Source of the DNA: Lama glama
Lineage: Eukaryota
Assembly (NCBI GenBank): GCA_028534125.1
Contig: CM052816.1
Coordinates: forward strand, 55,926,001-55,990,000
Direction of reading: 5' to 3'
DNA: 64,000 nt
Part shown: in pieces, positions 36,075-49,082 of the stretch
Layout: each line of letters starts with the position of its first letter
Position numbering within the stretch: the stretch's first letter is position 1
The notes under the pieces: model-generated
The model's database searches: none
The model's input: the letters and a program-made list of their open reading frames with translations, nothing else
What the model was told of the DNA's origin: nothing
Made by a program: the position numbers and the translations under genes

Positions 36075-37025
36075 CAGGGTCACGGGTTCTTTGGCACACT
36101 TCTGGTTGAGAGATGGGGTGTGCACCCCCTCTCCTTGAATCTGGTCGGCCTTGAAGTGATTTTAATGTGACTTCTGAGGCTACGGAAGAAGCCTCGCGGC
36201 TTCTGCCCTGGCCTCTCAGAGGCCATGCTCCTGGGCCACTTGCCGCCCAGAAGCCCCGTCACAGAACCTGGCCCCACGCTGTGAGAAGCCAAGGCCACGT
36301 GCAGCTGCCTCATCCTTTGCGCCATCCCAGCCTGGGCACGGTGGTAGCTTCGTGTGGCTGCCGTGATGAATTACCACTGACTTGGTGGCTTAAAACAACA
36401 GAAATTCATTCCCTTGCAGTTCTGAAATGTGCCAGAAGTCTGAAATCACAGTGTCAGCAGGTGTTGGCTCCGTCCGGGTCTCTCTGCCATTCCTCCCTCT
36501 AGTGTCTGATGGTAGCAGCAATCCCCGACACTCCCTGGCTGGTGGACACATCGCCCCAGTCTCTGCCTCCATCTTCACATCACTTTCCCCCACGCTTCTC
36601 CTCCTCTCGACTCTCGCTCTCCTTTCTTTTATAAGGACACCAGTTATTTGCTTTCGGGCCCACCCTAAATCCAGGATGATCTCATTTTAAGATCGCTGAC
36701 TATGATCACATCTGCAGAAATCCTTTTTTCCAAATAAGGGCATGTTCACAAGTCCTGGAGTTTAAGACTTGACGTATCTCTTGGGAGCTGCTGTTCAGCC
36801 CAGTACAGCCCCAGCCACGGGCTTGCAGAAGCCCAGAGGTGATTCCAGCCCCCAGCTGTTTCAGTTACTCCCAGACACTCACGTTTTCCTGGCTCAGACC
36901 CTAAACACTGTGGAGCAGAAATAAGCCATGATCACCGGGCCTTGTTTGAAATCCTGAGCATGATAAGATGCTACTCTGTGCCACTGAGTTTGGGGTGGTT
37001 TATCATGCAGTGACAGGTGCCTGGA
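36075..37025 (+). mobile_element. MLT1G/H-like LTR split by a younger MLT1C-like LTR
   Basis: CCTTGAATCTGG...TGTGACTTCTGAGGCTA...GCTGTGAGAAGCCAAG on the left; CCAGCCCCCAGCTGTTTCAG...GGAGCAGAAATAAGCC...GTTTGGGGTGGTTT on the right. Confidence 0.65.
36339..36807 (-). mobile_element. MLT1C-like MaLR LTR (nested)
   Basis: GGTGGCTTAAAACAACAGAAATT...CAGTCTCTGCCTCCATCTTCACAT...CACCCTAAATCCAGGATGATCTCAT...TTTCCAAATAAGG. Confidence 0.85.
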
Positions 37026-37119
37026 AGTTCCTGTCGATCTTTTCAGTCCCAGATTAAAAAACAGCATTTCTTCAGCTTCTCTCCTTCGATACCTCCTCCA
37101 CATCTAAATTACATTCCCA

Positions 37120-37310
37120 TCTCTTCCCTTTTCCTTTCTGGCATATACCACAATTTACAATTGTATATGGAGTTAGGTGTTTTTCTTGTTTAAATGTCTG
37201 TCTCCATCACTAGACTTAAGTTCCGTGAGGGCAGGAACCATTCAGCGCTATGTCCTCTGTGTGTACCAGGCATGCAGTGAACACCCAGTAAACACTTGCC
37301 AAATGAATGA
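37120..37310 (+). mobile_element. L2 3' end
   Basis: TGTCTGTCTCCATCACTAGACTTAAGTTCCGTGAGGGCAGG...AAATGAATGA. Confidence 0.72.
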
Positions 37311-38159
37311 GATTCTGAGCTTTTTGTTTCTCTGTCAACTGAACTGATGCAGCTCTAGGAAAGAAAGCATTGTTTATTTTGCCTTTGTGCTCTCAGCAGA
37401 TTAAATAAGCTAGAATGCAGCAAGTGGGAAGCAAAATGTTCATTTTTCCAGGATTCAAACATGATTACGTGCCGTTTTAGTTCTTTGCACTTGAATAATT
37501 GCTGTGGTTTTTAGTTGCGGTGAAAACAAATGAAGAAAGTGAACACAAGACAGAGCTGGTCAGACAGCCAGACTGAGAGAGACCTGCTTAATTTTTTAAA
37601 AAACATCTGTAAGTTCACAGAATGAACCTTAAGTTGTCCTTGTATGTGAGTGTGAATCTCACAAAACTCTTCCATGAAATGAAAGCTTAATGACAAATCA
37701 AAATGAACAGGCTCTCCCTGACATCTTTGCCATCATCCGTCTTTTTCTAGAAAGTCCCTGGGTGCAAATTCTGCAGATATTTTTCTGGGAACAGAAACAA
37801 AAATAGAACTGGAAGGAAAATCAAAACATGCTAAATAATACCAGGCATTGTCAGATCGGACCTGTAAACCAGCTGTACAAATGAGCATGGGGATAGAAAG
37901 TGAAAGAAATCAGGAGGCCTAGGAATCGTAAAAGCTGAGTATGAGTGCTTGGCACTCACCATCCTTGCTGTCAGTGCTCATCACTGTGGTCAGTAGAAGG
38001 ACTCCTGATGCTCCCGGATGCATCCAGCTTTCCCACTGTAGGAATTTTAACATGATCTGCAAGACCCTACGTGGGCAGGTTCCAACTATGTTTTCTCACA
38101 CTCTTCGTCTGTCTGGCATCCAGCTATCACAGTGCCAAACTGATGCCCAGAGTTGTTTC

Positions 38160-38500
38160 CACTGTGCTGTGATCTGGAGCCCACACTCTGAACCACCCCC
38201 TTGTCCTGCTGTCACACACCAAGCCAGTACTTCCCCTGCCCTAAATCACCCCAGGCCAGTAACCAAACAGCTAGGGACCACCTCTAGAGCCAAAGCCCAG
38301 TGACATATTCCAAGTAGCCACACCCCCGCTGTTTCTTCTGCCCTGCCTCGCCTTTCCTGGGGAAGCTCCGGACTTTCCCCTCACCCCACTTCTGCTGCGT
38401 GACCAAACCCGGTTCTTCCCCTGTGGCCTTGTGTGGCCAGACATGCACTATCCTCCCAGGAACTGTAAGCAATAAATTCTTCTCTCACCACGTTGGCATT
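38160..38500 (+). mobile_element. ERVL LTR fragment (MER54/73/74/88 group)
   Basis: CCCTAAATCACCCCAGGCCAG...CTAGGGAC...TTCCCCTGTGGCCTTGTGTGG...GGAACTGTAAGCAATAAA; related to the LTR at 43434-44038. Confidence 0.6.
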
Positions 38501-38539
38501 TCCACATCATCACTCAGTCCCCTTCGTAAGTTAAAATCC

Positions 38540-38948
38540 TGTGGGTACAACTCTGATCAGCCCTGGGGACTTTGCAGTCACTGTTCCCTCTGCTGGCAAC
38601 ACTCTTCCCCCTGTTTCTACGTGGCTCCTCTCTCCCGTTAAAATCTCTGGTCAAATATCACCACATTCAGGCAGGCTTCCCTGAGCACCTCCTCTAACTC
38701 ACATACTTCCCCCTCCCAACTCTGGAAGTCTCCGTTGCTTTATCCTACTTTATTTTTCTTAATAGCTCTCACCACCACCTGACTCATTAGATAATTGTTT
38801 CTTTTGTGTATTCTCTTACTCAACGCTGCATGTAACTCAGGTTCCACTGGAGCAAGGCACAGATTTTTGTTTTGTTAACAGCGAAGTTCCCAGCACTTAG
38901 AACAATGCCTGGCACACAGTGGGTGTCAAATATTTCTTAAATGATTCA
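38540..38948 (+). mobile_element. L2 3' portion
   Basis: GGACTTTGCAGTCACTGTTCCCTCTGCTGG...CCCAGCACTTAGAACAATGCCTGGCACACAGT. Confidence 0.72.
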
Positions 38949-40034
38949 GTTTTATTTTTCCAGAGCACCTGGCCTGTTAATGAGTATACAAATGGTCAAA
39001 ATCTCCTTCAAATTTATAACTCTCCTTGAGCCCAGAGATCCGTGAGAAGCCAGTCCTCTGGATCAATAAGACATGAATTTCTAAAAGGGAGTAAGTGGTT
39101 CAGAAACATACCCTGGATAATCCCAGGGTAAAATCCTAGGCAAGCAGGTTTGTGGAATCAATACTGAGGGTAGGACAAGTGAGCAATTACCATTCTGGGA
39201 TTATCTGGTCCTCTGCCATTTCTTGGAAAACTTGCCTGGCTTCGGGTTTTGGGCTCTGTGACTCTGAGGGGATCAGAAAAATATTTTCCTTTCTCATATA
39301 GGAACAGCATTGTTCCCTCTCTCGAGCATGAAGCAGGGTCTAGGAAGCATTTTAACAAGGGTTGACCCAGACACCCTGCGTTGTGTGCCGGGTACTTCCC
39401 TACAGACAAAGCTTAACTCACTTATCTCTGCGAACACAGTTCGCCGGTTACACATCCAGCTCCACACTAGTGCACACTTGATACTGGCAGCCTTTTCCGC
39501 CCAGGAGCACAAACGTGCAAACACATTTCAGTGGAAGGCTGTGTATCACAAGGTGCTTACAATGATGCATCTCAAAAAGATCTGTATCCCACGTAGTTAA
39601 AGACAAAGAAAGTCTAGCAATGATGACCAAAACTACAGAGGCTTAAAAAACGGAGGGGAGGGGAGGAACGAAGGGAGGGAGAAAGGAAGGAAGGAGGGAA
39701 AGAAGGAGGTATTGCTCTTTCTCAAAGACGTGAGACGTGCCCTCCCTCATTGGTCTGCCCTATTGCCTCTGTAAAAAAAATCGCCCAAGTAACTTTCGAG
39801 CAGGCTGATTTGGAGGCTGACACACTGTTGGCCTTAAGTGTTTCCCTTCACCTAACCCAGATGCTATCATGTAGAACTAAACTTAGATCAATTTTCTCCA
39901 GTCTCAGAGTTAAAAGACATTATAAAAGATTATTGAAATGAGGAAAGTTAGAGAAAGGAGAACCTGAGAACAAGAATTTGTCTGTCTCTCACACTGTCAG
40001 GGACAGAGCTCGATCTACACCTGTCTGTGTAGAT

Positions 40035-40190
40035 CCAGGTAAAGTTCTGCTGGAACACAGCCACACCGTGTGTTTACATCCCATCTGGGTGGCTCTGGAA
40101 CCGCTGCGTTGACTGGTTGCAGCAGAGATGGCCTGCAAAGCTGAAAATACTGAATATCTGGCGCTTGACAGGAAAACTTTGTTGATCTTT
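40035..40190 (+). mobile_element. MER58-like remnant
   Basis: TAAAGTTCTGCTGGAACACAGCCACAC...GGCCTGCAAAGCTGAAAATAC. Confidence 0.6.
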
Positions 40191-43100
40191 GTTAGCTATT
40201 AAAGAAGCAGGGTGACTCACCAGCCTATTGTGGTTTGCCTACAGTGTTTCTGAGGACTGTATAATGCCCTTCACTTCCTCTCTTTATCAAGCAACCTTCT
40301 GAATGTAATTAGATTCCTGGAGTATGTTTTCCTACTAAAGAAAGAGAATGTTCAGACTTGCTACACAAATTTCTGTGCATCCCGGACAGTTGTATTTCTT
40401 ACTGTAAATAACTAAAGTGGCCTTCTCGTACAGTCTCTTATAAATTCACGTGGTACGCCAGTTTTCAGGGGCTCTAACATCCCTTTATATTAGGTCCAGA
40501 CCTGCAGGGCGGGAGGACCGTGCTCAGGACCAGAGCTGACCCCTTGGAGTCCGAGCCTCATGTTCTGACCGCACACGGCAGTCCACTCACATCCCTTGGG
40601 GGATCAGGGAAGAATTTGTGCCAGGAATGGGCTTGGTATTTGTGAACTTCGATTTCCAGGTCTCTTTCCCTTTAACTATTGTTATTTTTCTTTATTGAAT
40701 TAAAGTTTTAAAAATCAAATAGAAATACAGAGTTAAAATAAAAGTAACAGTCGCTTCCCCAAAGTCCGTGTGCTCTCCAGTTCCCACGACTCACAAGCAG
40801 CTTTTCAAATCTCCCTGTTACATTTTTTCATATTCGCCTTCATTAATTGAAATAGCTTGCTAAATCATGCTCTTTGCAGTACAGTCAAGTGAAATAAATA
40901 ATGAGATCCCTCCCCCCTCTTTTTTTTTTTTCCTTTTGCACAGTCCTTCGGAGCTGTCCTACTCCATGACTTGCAGTGACTGTTCTCCGGGCTGCTGCCC
41001 AGCTGTAACCTGGGAGCCTCCCTTCAGCATCGTTTTGGGGCTTCCGACTTTCTCCTGTTTGGGATTCCCCATTTTCTAGGCCCTGTATCTTTTCACTCTA
41101 GTTGATGGAGCACACTCTTCTGTTGCTTCATGAGAAAGAATGAATAGAAGCTAAAGTTTTCATTGCCCCTTTGTTTTAGTCTCTGCTTTATACTGGAGGC
41201 TCCCTCAGTCTGGTACCCCATTGCTGGAAACTCGAACTTTAAGAGTGAGGTGACTAATTGTTCTTATCTTTTGATAATAAAGTAAGGTGATCCAGAAGTA
41301 CCTTCCCACCATAAACAACTGGAAAACTGGGCAAAAAAAGTAGGAGAAAACTGCTTCTAGACATTGGACAACAGGCAGCACAGAACTGTGATCCCAGTGG
41401 AAAGGGGAACCAGTGGGGCGAGTCTTACCACACCTCGGCTTTTTACCTGGAAGCAAGGCCCAGACAATTGCACAAGAAGGAGAAACCTAAACAGGTCAGA
41501 GTTTAGAGAGGTTAAGGTGGCTAACATTTTCAGGGCAGAGTACTTAAAAGGCAGGAACCACAAAGACCTACAGAAATCTGCACAGGGTCTCTCTTGATAG
41601 TTAGGCTGAACACCAGTCTGTGTATGCATATGGTGAAATTCCAGTGGACAGCAGCAGCTGGGGAAAGGATAATTGAAATGGAGCCATGAGATAAATCTCA
41701 GATCTCATAGGGCTGAAATCCTTTCAAGTTCCCACCAGAGTAGGGAGGTCTCATTGAATACCTACCTGAGGCATTCAGTAGAGACCACAGAAGGACCATG
41801 ATTTAAAAGTGGGGTGAAATTGGCTTTAGAGTAATGGGTACCCTAAAACTGCCTTAAAAGAGCTAAAAAACAAGCTTTAAATGATCAAACTAATCTACAA
41901 GTAACTTAAACTGCCTGCCAGAAAAAGTTCAACACACTTTAAAGGAAAATAAAATCCAGCACTTGGTGCCATAAAATTCAAAATGTTTGGCATCCTGTCA
42001 AAAATCACTAGCTGCATGAGAAAGCATGAAAATGGGGCCCATAACTAAGAGAAAAATCAGTCATTAAAAATAGACTAACAAATGATAGAGGTGATGGAAA
42101 TTGCAGCAAGGACACTGAAACAGCTGTTATAAATATGTTCCATATGCTCAAGGATGTAATAGAAAACCCAGACATGATGAGAAGAGAAATGAGAGGTAGA
42201 AAAAGATCAAATGGAGGTTTTTAGAAATGAAAAATACCTGAAATGAAAAATATACTGGTGGAGATTAACTGATTAGATACTGCAGAAGAAAAGATCAGTG
42301 AACTTGAGGATGTAGCAATAGAAACTACTCACACTGAAACACAGAGAGACAAAAAGAAAATATTGAACAGAGCCTCAGTGAGCTGCAGGACAATATCAAG
42401 TGGTCTAACATATTTGCAATGGGGGAAGGGGTTACAAGACAAATATCTGAGGAAAGAATTTCCAAAAAAGCTTCAAATCTGGGTAAAACTATAAACACAC
42501 TAATCCAAGAATCCCAATGAAATCTAAGTAGAAGAAACAAAGAAAGTCACAATCAAATTGCCAAAAATCCAGTAAGGGATAATCTTCAAAGCAGCCAGGA
42601 GGAAAAAACAAATTGCACAAACAGAACAAAGATCACAATTAATGGAGACTCATCATTAGAAATTGCACAAACCACAGGACACTGAAGTGACATCTTCAAA
42701 GCCCTGAAAGAAAAAAATGATCAACCTAGAATTTTACATCTATCAGAAATATCTTTTTAAAATAAAGGGTTTTCAAACAACAAAAAAGCTGAGAGAATTC
42801 ATTGCTACCAGACCTGCAGTATAAAAGAATGTTAAAGGAAGATCTTCAAGCAGAAGTAAATTGATACCAAATGAAAATTTAGAGTTACAATGAAAGAATG
42901 AAGACTGCTGAAAACTGTAAATATGTAGATAATCATAGAAGACTTTTTTCCTTATTTTAAAATTTTCTTTATAATTAAATTTTAAAAAATTGAAATGTGA
43001 AGTTTAAAACATCCTTGAATAGAATTTGTGACAATAAAATGAAAAATGGGTGGTTTTCTGGAGAATGGAACTATTCTGGTGTAAATTTCTTAAAATATAC

Positions 43101-43433
43101 TTTTATTTGAATGAAGATTGTTAAAGGTTAAAGGCATACTGCTAACCCTAGGGCAAATATCTAAAAATTAAAAACAACAAAGAGGTATAACTAATAAACC
43201 AATAGTGGAGATTAAATGAATCATAGAACATACTAACTTAATTTGAAAGGAGGCAAGGAAATAGGGAAAAGGGATCAAATAACAATGTAGAAAACAAATG
43301 ACAAGATAATAGATTTAAACCTAACCATAATAATAAACCAATTACATGGAAATTAGCTAAGCACTTCAATTAAATGTAGACACTTGATTATTAATTATCA
43401 CACTTGATTGGGGAACAAAAAAAGAAAAACCCA

Positions 43434-44038
43434 TGTTACATAGCTTTTTTTTTTTTTTTTAACACTGTCTTGACCCAATCTTGAGGCCCTGGCTAGAGGC
43501 CAGTCAGTTCCCCTACTTGAGCAGCTGATTAATTCCATACCCCAATCACTTCCCTTTTCAGGGCTTTCACACTCCTATCTTCCAGGCACCATGCATAACT
43601 GACCAGCAGCCGGGTACCAGACAACTTGGGACAGCCCCTACTCCCAGAGCCTTTCAAGAACTCACCTATTTCAAGAACTCACAGGAAAAAAAAAAAAAAG
43701 TGACAGTGAATATATGTATGTTCATGTATAACTGAAAAATCGTGCTCTACACTGGAATTTGACACAACATTGTAAACTGACTGTAACTCAACAAAGTACC
43801 TCAAGAAGCCAGTCCACTGGGAACCTGATAAACCTGGCTGACACCACCCCACTTACCACACATAAACTGCCTTCTACAGCTCCGGTGTGTTCTTTCCCCA
43901 GGTGCCGACCCCAGTGTGGCCCTGCCTGGCAGCCTGCTCTCCTTTGGAGCTGTAATCAGCAGAGTTATGCCTCTCAGCTCTCTGAGTGTCATTGTGTTGT
44001 GTCTTGCCATCAAAAGAATCTTTAAACCTTATAAAACA
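43434..44038 (+). mobile_element. ERVL solo LTR (MER73/MER74-like) inserted in L1 ORF2
   Basis: TG...CA termini (TGTTACA...ATAAAACA), 5-bp TSD ACCCA/ATCCA; removing it restores L1 AAAAACCCA-TCTATATGCTG. Confidence 0.8.
43678..43794 (+). mobile_element. Young L1 3'-terminal fragment inside the LTR
   Basis: GTGACAGTGAATATATGTATGTTCATGTATAACTGAAAAATCGTGCTCTACACTGGAATTTGACACAACATTGTAAACTGACTGTAACTCAA, homologous to the L1 termini at 4003-4080 (-) and 56270-56350 (+). Confidence 0.8.
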
Positions 44039-45094
44039 ATCCATCTATATGCTGCTTATAGGAAACTTACTTAAAATATAAGAACAAATAGGTTACAAGT
44101 AAAATAATGGAAAAAGATAATGCTGTGCAATGACTAATCAAAAGAAAGCTGGGATGGCTATATTAGATTGCATTCAGATGAAGTAATATATTTTGAATGA
44201 AGAATATTGCCAGGAATAAAAAGAGATATTTTGTAATGATAAAGGGAACAATTCGTCAAGAAGGCGTAACAATCCCAAGTGTGTAGACGCACAATAACGT
44301 GGCTTCAAATACATGAAACAAAAAGTTTTGGAACTTCAAGGAGAAAGAAGTAGATAAAGCTAAAATTATTGTTGAGGATTTTAATATTTCTTTCCCAATA
44401 ATGAATAGGTGAAGTAGACCAAAAATGAGTCAGCCTATGGACAAGTTTATAACACTCTCAAATGATTTGACCTGATTGCCACTGATGGAACATTCCACCT
44501 AACAACAGAATGCACATTCTTTCCAAATGAACATAGAACATTCACCAAAGTAGAACATATTCTGGGCCATAAAACAAACAAGTCTCAGTGAATTTAAAAG
44601 GATCAAAATTTCACAAAGCATATTCTCTGTGCGATAGAATTAAACTTATAATCAGTAACAGAATGATATCTGGGGGAAAAAGCCAAATACTTGAAATACT
44701 AAACAACATACTTCTAAATAAGAAGTCAGTCAAAGAAGAAATCACAAGAGAAATTAGGAAATATTTTGAACAGAATGAAAATGAAAACCCCACATACCAA
44801 CATTTGTGGGATGCAGCGAGAGCAGTGCCGTAAGGGACATTGATAGCATTAAGTGCTTCTCTGAGGAAAAAACAAGGGTCTAAAAGCTGTGCTCTACATT
44901 TTCTACCTTAAGAAACCAGGAACTAAGAAGGGCAAATTAAACCCAAAATAAGCAGAAGAAAGAAAATAAGGTGGGAAATCAATGAAATAAATAGGAAATG
45001 GGCAAAGAATAGAGAAAATCAATAAAATTAAAAGATCTTTGAAAAGACCAGGAATGAGGCACGTAGAAGAGGCTGTTGACAGGTGGGTTTCACT

Positions 45095-45272
45095 GGCATT
45101 CTTTAGTCTTGACCGTGCATTAAAATTACCCAGGGAACTTAAAAAAAACCCTGATGCTGGGCAGCACTTCTGACCAATTCCGTTAGCTCTCTGGAGGTGG
45201 AACCTAGGCTCCGGTAGATCTCAGAGCTTCCTGGGTGATTCCACTGTGCAGCCAAGTTTGAGAGCCACTGTT
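45095..45272. mobile_element. MER5-type element
   Basis: GTGCATTAAAATTACCCAGGGAACTT...GCTTCCTGGGTGATTCCACTGTGCAGCCAAGTTTGAGAGCCACTG. Confidence 0.72.
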
Positions 45273-45559
45273 GAGAGGTCAGGCAGGCCCCACCCCACCA
45301 CACACTTGTCCATATCCATCTTGGGCTGGTCAGAGTCTCTGGAGCAGAAGCCTCTAATCTCTGTGTGCATTTTATGTGTCTGGCTGCTGGTGTTCTAAGA
45401 GTGAAGCAGGGGAAGGAGGCTGCGCGCTCCCCATTTTGTCTGCAGACCTTCACCCATTTTCAATATGGTGTCTCAGCCCTAATTGGGTTACTTAAGCCAG
45501 GTCCTCTCTGATTTGGTTTCTCCACACAGTCAGCCTCTAGTTTCCTTCCGGGTAGAGGA

Positions 45560-45970
45560 GAGGCAGCCATTTGTCTATGACGGAGGGGGTCTAAGAGCCT
45601 CAGTGATCTCATATATTATATTTAACCAGTCTTCCAGTTCTCAGCCTTATTCTGCACCCCTGCTTTCAGATTCCTAAGGCTTCTCAGGGTTCTGAGCAAA
45701 TGAACTTCTTTCTTGCTGGTTTCCCCCACTGCAGGCTTTGGTTTCAGTTTTCCTGGGTCTGGTAAGTCAGTTAACATACATTCTCTTCTTTCCAGCCCCC
45801 CCAAACTTTTTTCTTCTGATTTATCTTGTCTTAGTTATCTGTACTTTTGTTCTCTTGGAACTTGTAATTTATGGTTTTAGTTTTTCCTCCTCTACTGTCA
45901 TTTTAGTGGGATTTCAGAAGACAGTGGAGATAAAAGCCAGTCTTTAATCTGCTAGTTTAACCAGAAATTT
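45560..45970 (-). mobile_element. HAL1/L1ME-like 5' fragment (probable partner at about 40680-41170)
   Basis: TTCTGCACCCCTGCTTTCAGATTCC...TTTTAGTGGGATTTCAGAAG...TTTAACCAGAAAT. Confidence 0.4.
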
Positions 45971-47164
45971 TCCAGAGTCTTTTTTAAAAAGCAGGCCATA
46001 ATTATGGTAATCACTTTCAATTCAGTGATCTTGGCAGGAATGTAGAATGTGGGCTTTACGAGTACCGGTGCAGTGTATGATAATGGTCTTCCTGCTCGTC
46101 TTTCATAATGTGTAACTCCTCTTAAGTCTCTGTATCACATGAAATTGGATTGTGGAACTCAAAACCCAGTACGTTAGAACGGATTGCAAAAATGACCATG
46201 TTTTGCTGGGATCGGTTAAATCTTCCTCATTTGTACTCTGGTGTATTTTGTTCTCCCATAAAGCCCCTGATGAAACTACTCAAATAGGCTGTATTGACCA
46301 GAATAAAAATAGAATATTGAAGTTATTCTCTTCTCATTTGGAAGTCATAATAAGCATCAGAGACTATCAGGGAGCATGTCTGTACCCCTCTACTGTCCTT
46401 TAGTTTTTAATCTTAAGATCAGACGAGAGAAGAGGATTCTGGTCACTGCAGCCACGCCTCATGCTGCAAGTCTGCCAGCAGAGCAGTGGGCTGAGTACCC
46501 AACCAGGACGGACACCGCGTGGGTTCCAGCCTGGTCTCTGCCACTCTCTAACCTGATGACCCCGACCTACCTCTCTGCCTCCCTGGGCTTCTTGGTTTTG
46601 TAAAATAGAGGCATGGGGCAGATAGCTTTCTAGCTCTACAATCACTAAATCTATATCAAGGCCACTGAAGGGAAATATCCCCAGAGGGACGTAGAAATAT
46701 AATCTGCTTCTATGGGGAAGTGACTGTGGAAGTCGGGGCCTGACCCCGTCCCAGCTGCCGCTCTCACTGGTGGCTTCCTGAGGGCTGTGATCACTTTCAG
46801 AAGCAATGAAATGCCTGCAGGGCTGGTACAAACATTGGCTCCCTCTTCTCAGTTATCCCAGCCAAGGGCGGGAAAGTGGGACTTTGTGCCCTGATGCCAG
46901 CTTCCAGTCCCTGGCATTTATGGCCTGTGGGTGATTTTATTTAGATCCTCAAACCAAACCAAACCAAGCATGATGACTATATTTGAACTTAGGGTGATTT
47001 TGAGTTCTGGGTACTCCCTCCTCTGATAGTGAAGGCAAATTCTGGAGCTGGAGGAAGTAAAGAGCCCCGTAGGCTGATCACGGGAAACTGCATACTCTGC
47101 GGTCTGCTGGGTCCAGTTGCTTGTGACATACTGGGCAAACCCTATATGAAATGGGCCACTTGCA

Positions 47165-47405
47165 AGTATTTGAATTGTGTCTCCAAAAAATATGTTTAGG
47201 CCCTAAGTCCCAGTTCCTCTGAAGATGACCTTATGTGGAAATAGGGTCTTTGCAGATGCAATTAGTTAAGATGAGGTCATACTGGAAGAGGGTGGGCCCT
47301 TAATGCAATATGATGGATGTCCTTATTAGAAGACAGTGAGAAAATATGAGGGGAGAACACTGTGCAAAGATGCAGGGAGAGGGTGGAGTTATGCAGCTGC
47401 AAACT
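47165..47405 (+). mobile_element. MLT1B/C LTR, 5' part
   Basis: TGAATTGTGTCTCC...TGACCTTATGTGGAAATAGGGTCTTTGCAGATGCAATTAGTTAAGATGAGGTCATACTGG. Confidence 0.82.
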
Positions 47406-48254
47406 ACATAAGGAAACCGACACACAGAGTCTGCCTATAAGGAGAGGCGGCGGAGGTAAAATCGCCCTTGGCCATTACTAGCTCTCTTCTAATGGAAACA
47501 ACATCAAAAAAAAAAAAAAAAAGCTTTAGCCTGTTTGAATGTAATTGAATGAGCATCAATATTTTAAATGCTCAAGATAACCCAGTGAGTGAAATGGAAA
47601 AGTTCATAATCTTCTAGAGGAATCCCTGCTATCAACCCATCTGTATTTAAAATGTTAAAGTTTGTCTCTTGGGTCTCGTTGATAATCTGTCAACAAAATC
47701 ATCAGTTATCTGATATGTGCTGAGAACTGCCTAGGTGCTGGAGGCACAGAGATGAGTAGGGAACTTCTGGACCCCAGTTCTTCCATCGTAAGAGTTCACA
47801 CTCTTCTGAGAAACACAGGCATTAAACACACTATTCATTTCAAACGAAGTAAAAGATTGCTAGCATGGAAAGGACCACAACAGAAAAGTTCAGGGAGCCA
47901 TGTGAGCATGTCATGGGAGATCTGCCTGGTGAGATGTGCTAGTAAGTGTTAACACCTGCTTTCCAACAAACAAAAAAACTGATTCGTAACCTTTACTCAA
48001 GTACTCCTACTGTGATGAATTTCAAGCAATTCTTGCCACCACAGGCAGAGTTGGGACAGGATGCACAGCAGCAGACTATTACATTCTATTTCCATGCCTA
48101 TGTAATAGTAAATGTAATAAAAAAAAAGATTAGGATGTATGAGTTCCAAGTGATTATATTTGTTTTTAATATAAATTATTTAACTGTGTTTATTTAATTC
48201 AGTTTCTAATCATGGCTGTTTTACGCCCAGCTTGCATAACTTCCTCTCTCACAA

Positions 48255-48620
48255 GCTAGAACAATTTTGGGGCCAGAGGTTAAGGAAGGCTTTCCTAAGG
48301 AGGTGACACTTAACCTGAAGGATGAATTGGATTTAGCGAAGTTAGCTGTACGGAGGGGCTGAAGACAGGCGCTCCAGGCAGGAGCATTGGCATGGAAGGA
48401 AGTCCTGGCATTAGAGAGAGTCAGGCATACCTGAGAAACAGAAGGCGAAGAAAGTGAGGGAAAATGTGGAAAAATGAGATTAAAAAGAAAGACAGGGGCC
48501 CAATTAGGCAGAGTCTTGTAGTCCATGGAGAGGATGTTGGACTTTATCCTAAGTGCAATGGGAAATTGTTGAAGGTGTCAAGCAGGGGCGTGGCAATCAG
48601 ATTTAAGCAGTTAAGACATT
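48255..48620 (-). mobile_element. L2 remnant (continues at about 50515-50720)
   Basis: GGAAGGCTTTCCTAAGGAGGTGACA...GGACTTTATCCTAAGTGCAATGGGAAATTGTTGAAGG. Confidence 0.65.
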
Positions 48621-48987
48621 AGTCTTCTCTGTGCTTGGGTTAGAGAACTCAAAAGTGGATGAAAGACATGAAAAGCACAAGCAACCAAAGAAAAACAGAT
48701 AAATTGATCTTCATCAAAATGAACAACTACGGTACATCAAAGTTTGCGGCCAGGAGAGTGAAAAGACAACCTGCAGGATGGAGAAAATCGTATATTAGGA
48801 TTACGTCTCATAAAGCCTAATATCCAGAATATACAAAGGACTCTTACAGCTCAACAACAAGAAACCTGAAAGCCAATGGAGAAATGGGCAAATGGCCTGA
48901 ATAGACATTTCCCCAGAGAAGGTATACAAATGGGCAGCAAGCATTTGAAAAGATGCTGTGTAATCAGTCACTAGAGGGGGGAAGAAA

Positions 48988-48994
48988 GTATATA

Positions 48995-49037
<43 letters not shown>

Positions 49038-49082
49038 TATAAAATAATATTTCAATATAAATATATATATAAAACAAATATA
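48988..49082. repeat. (TA)n microsatellite and AT-rich tract
   Basis: TATATATA array seen directly. Confidence 0.9.

Larger units (their letters stand above)
41245..45050 (+). mobile_element. Old L1M element: 5' region, ORF1 remnant and ORF2 endonuclease remnant; interrupted by an LTR
   Basis: ORF1-like GAAGAAAAGATCAGTGAACTTGAGG, TCAACCTAGAATTTTA, AAGCTGAGAGAATTC; ORF2-like translation LNNILLNKKSVKEEITREIRKYFEQNENENPTYQHLWDAARAV (44588-44833). Confidence 0.88.

Noticed and set aside
40012..40035. Perfect 9-bp hairpin GATCTACAC-ctgtct-GTGTAGATC (similar 8-bp stem near 39109-39130)
   Set aside because: A few stems of this length are expected by chance in 64 kb; too short for a pre-miRNA.
44588..44833. 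81-aa ORF resembling L1 ORF2 (likewise 55510-55704)
   Set aside because: Fragments of decayed L1 copies surrounded by stops and frameshifts.
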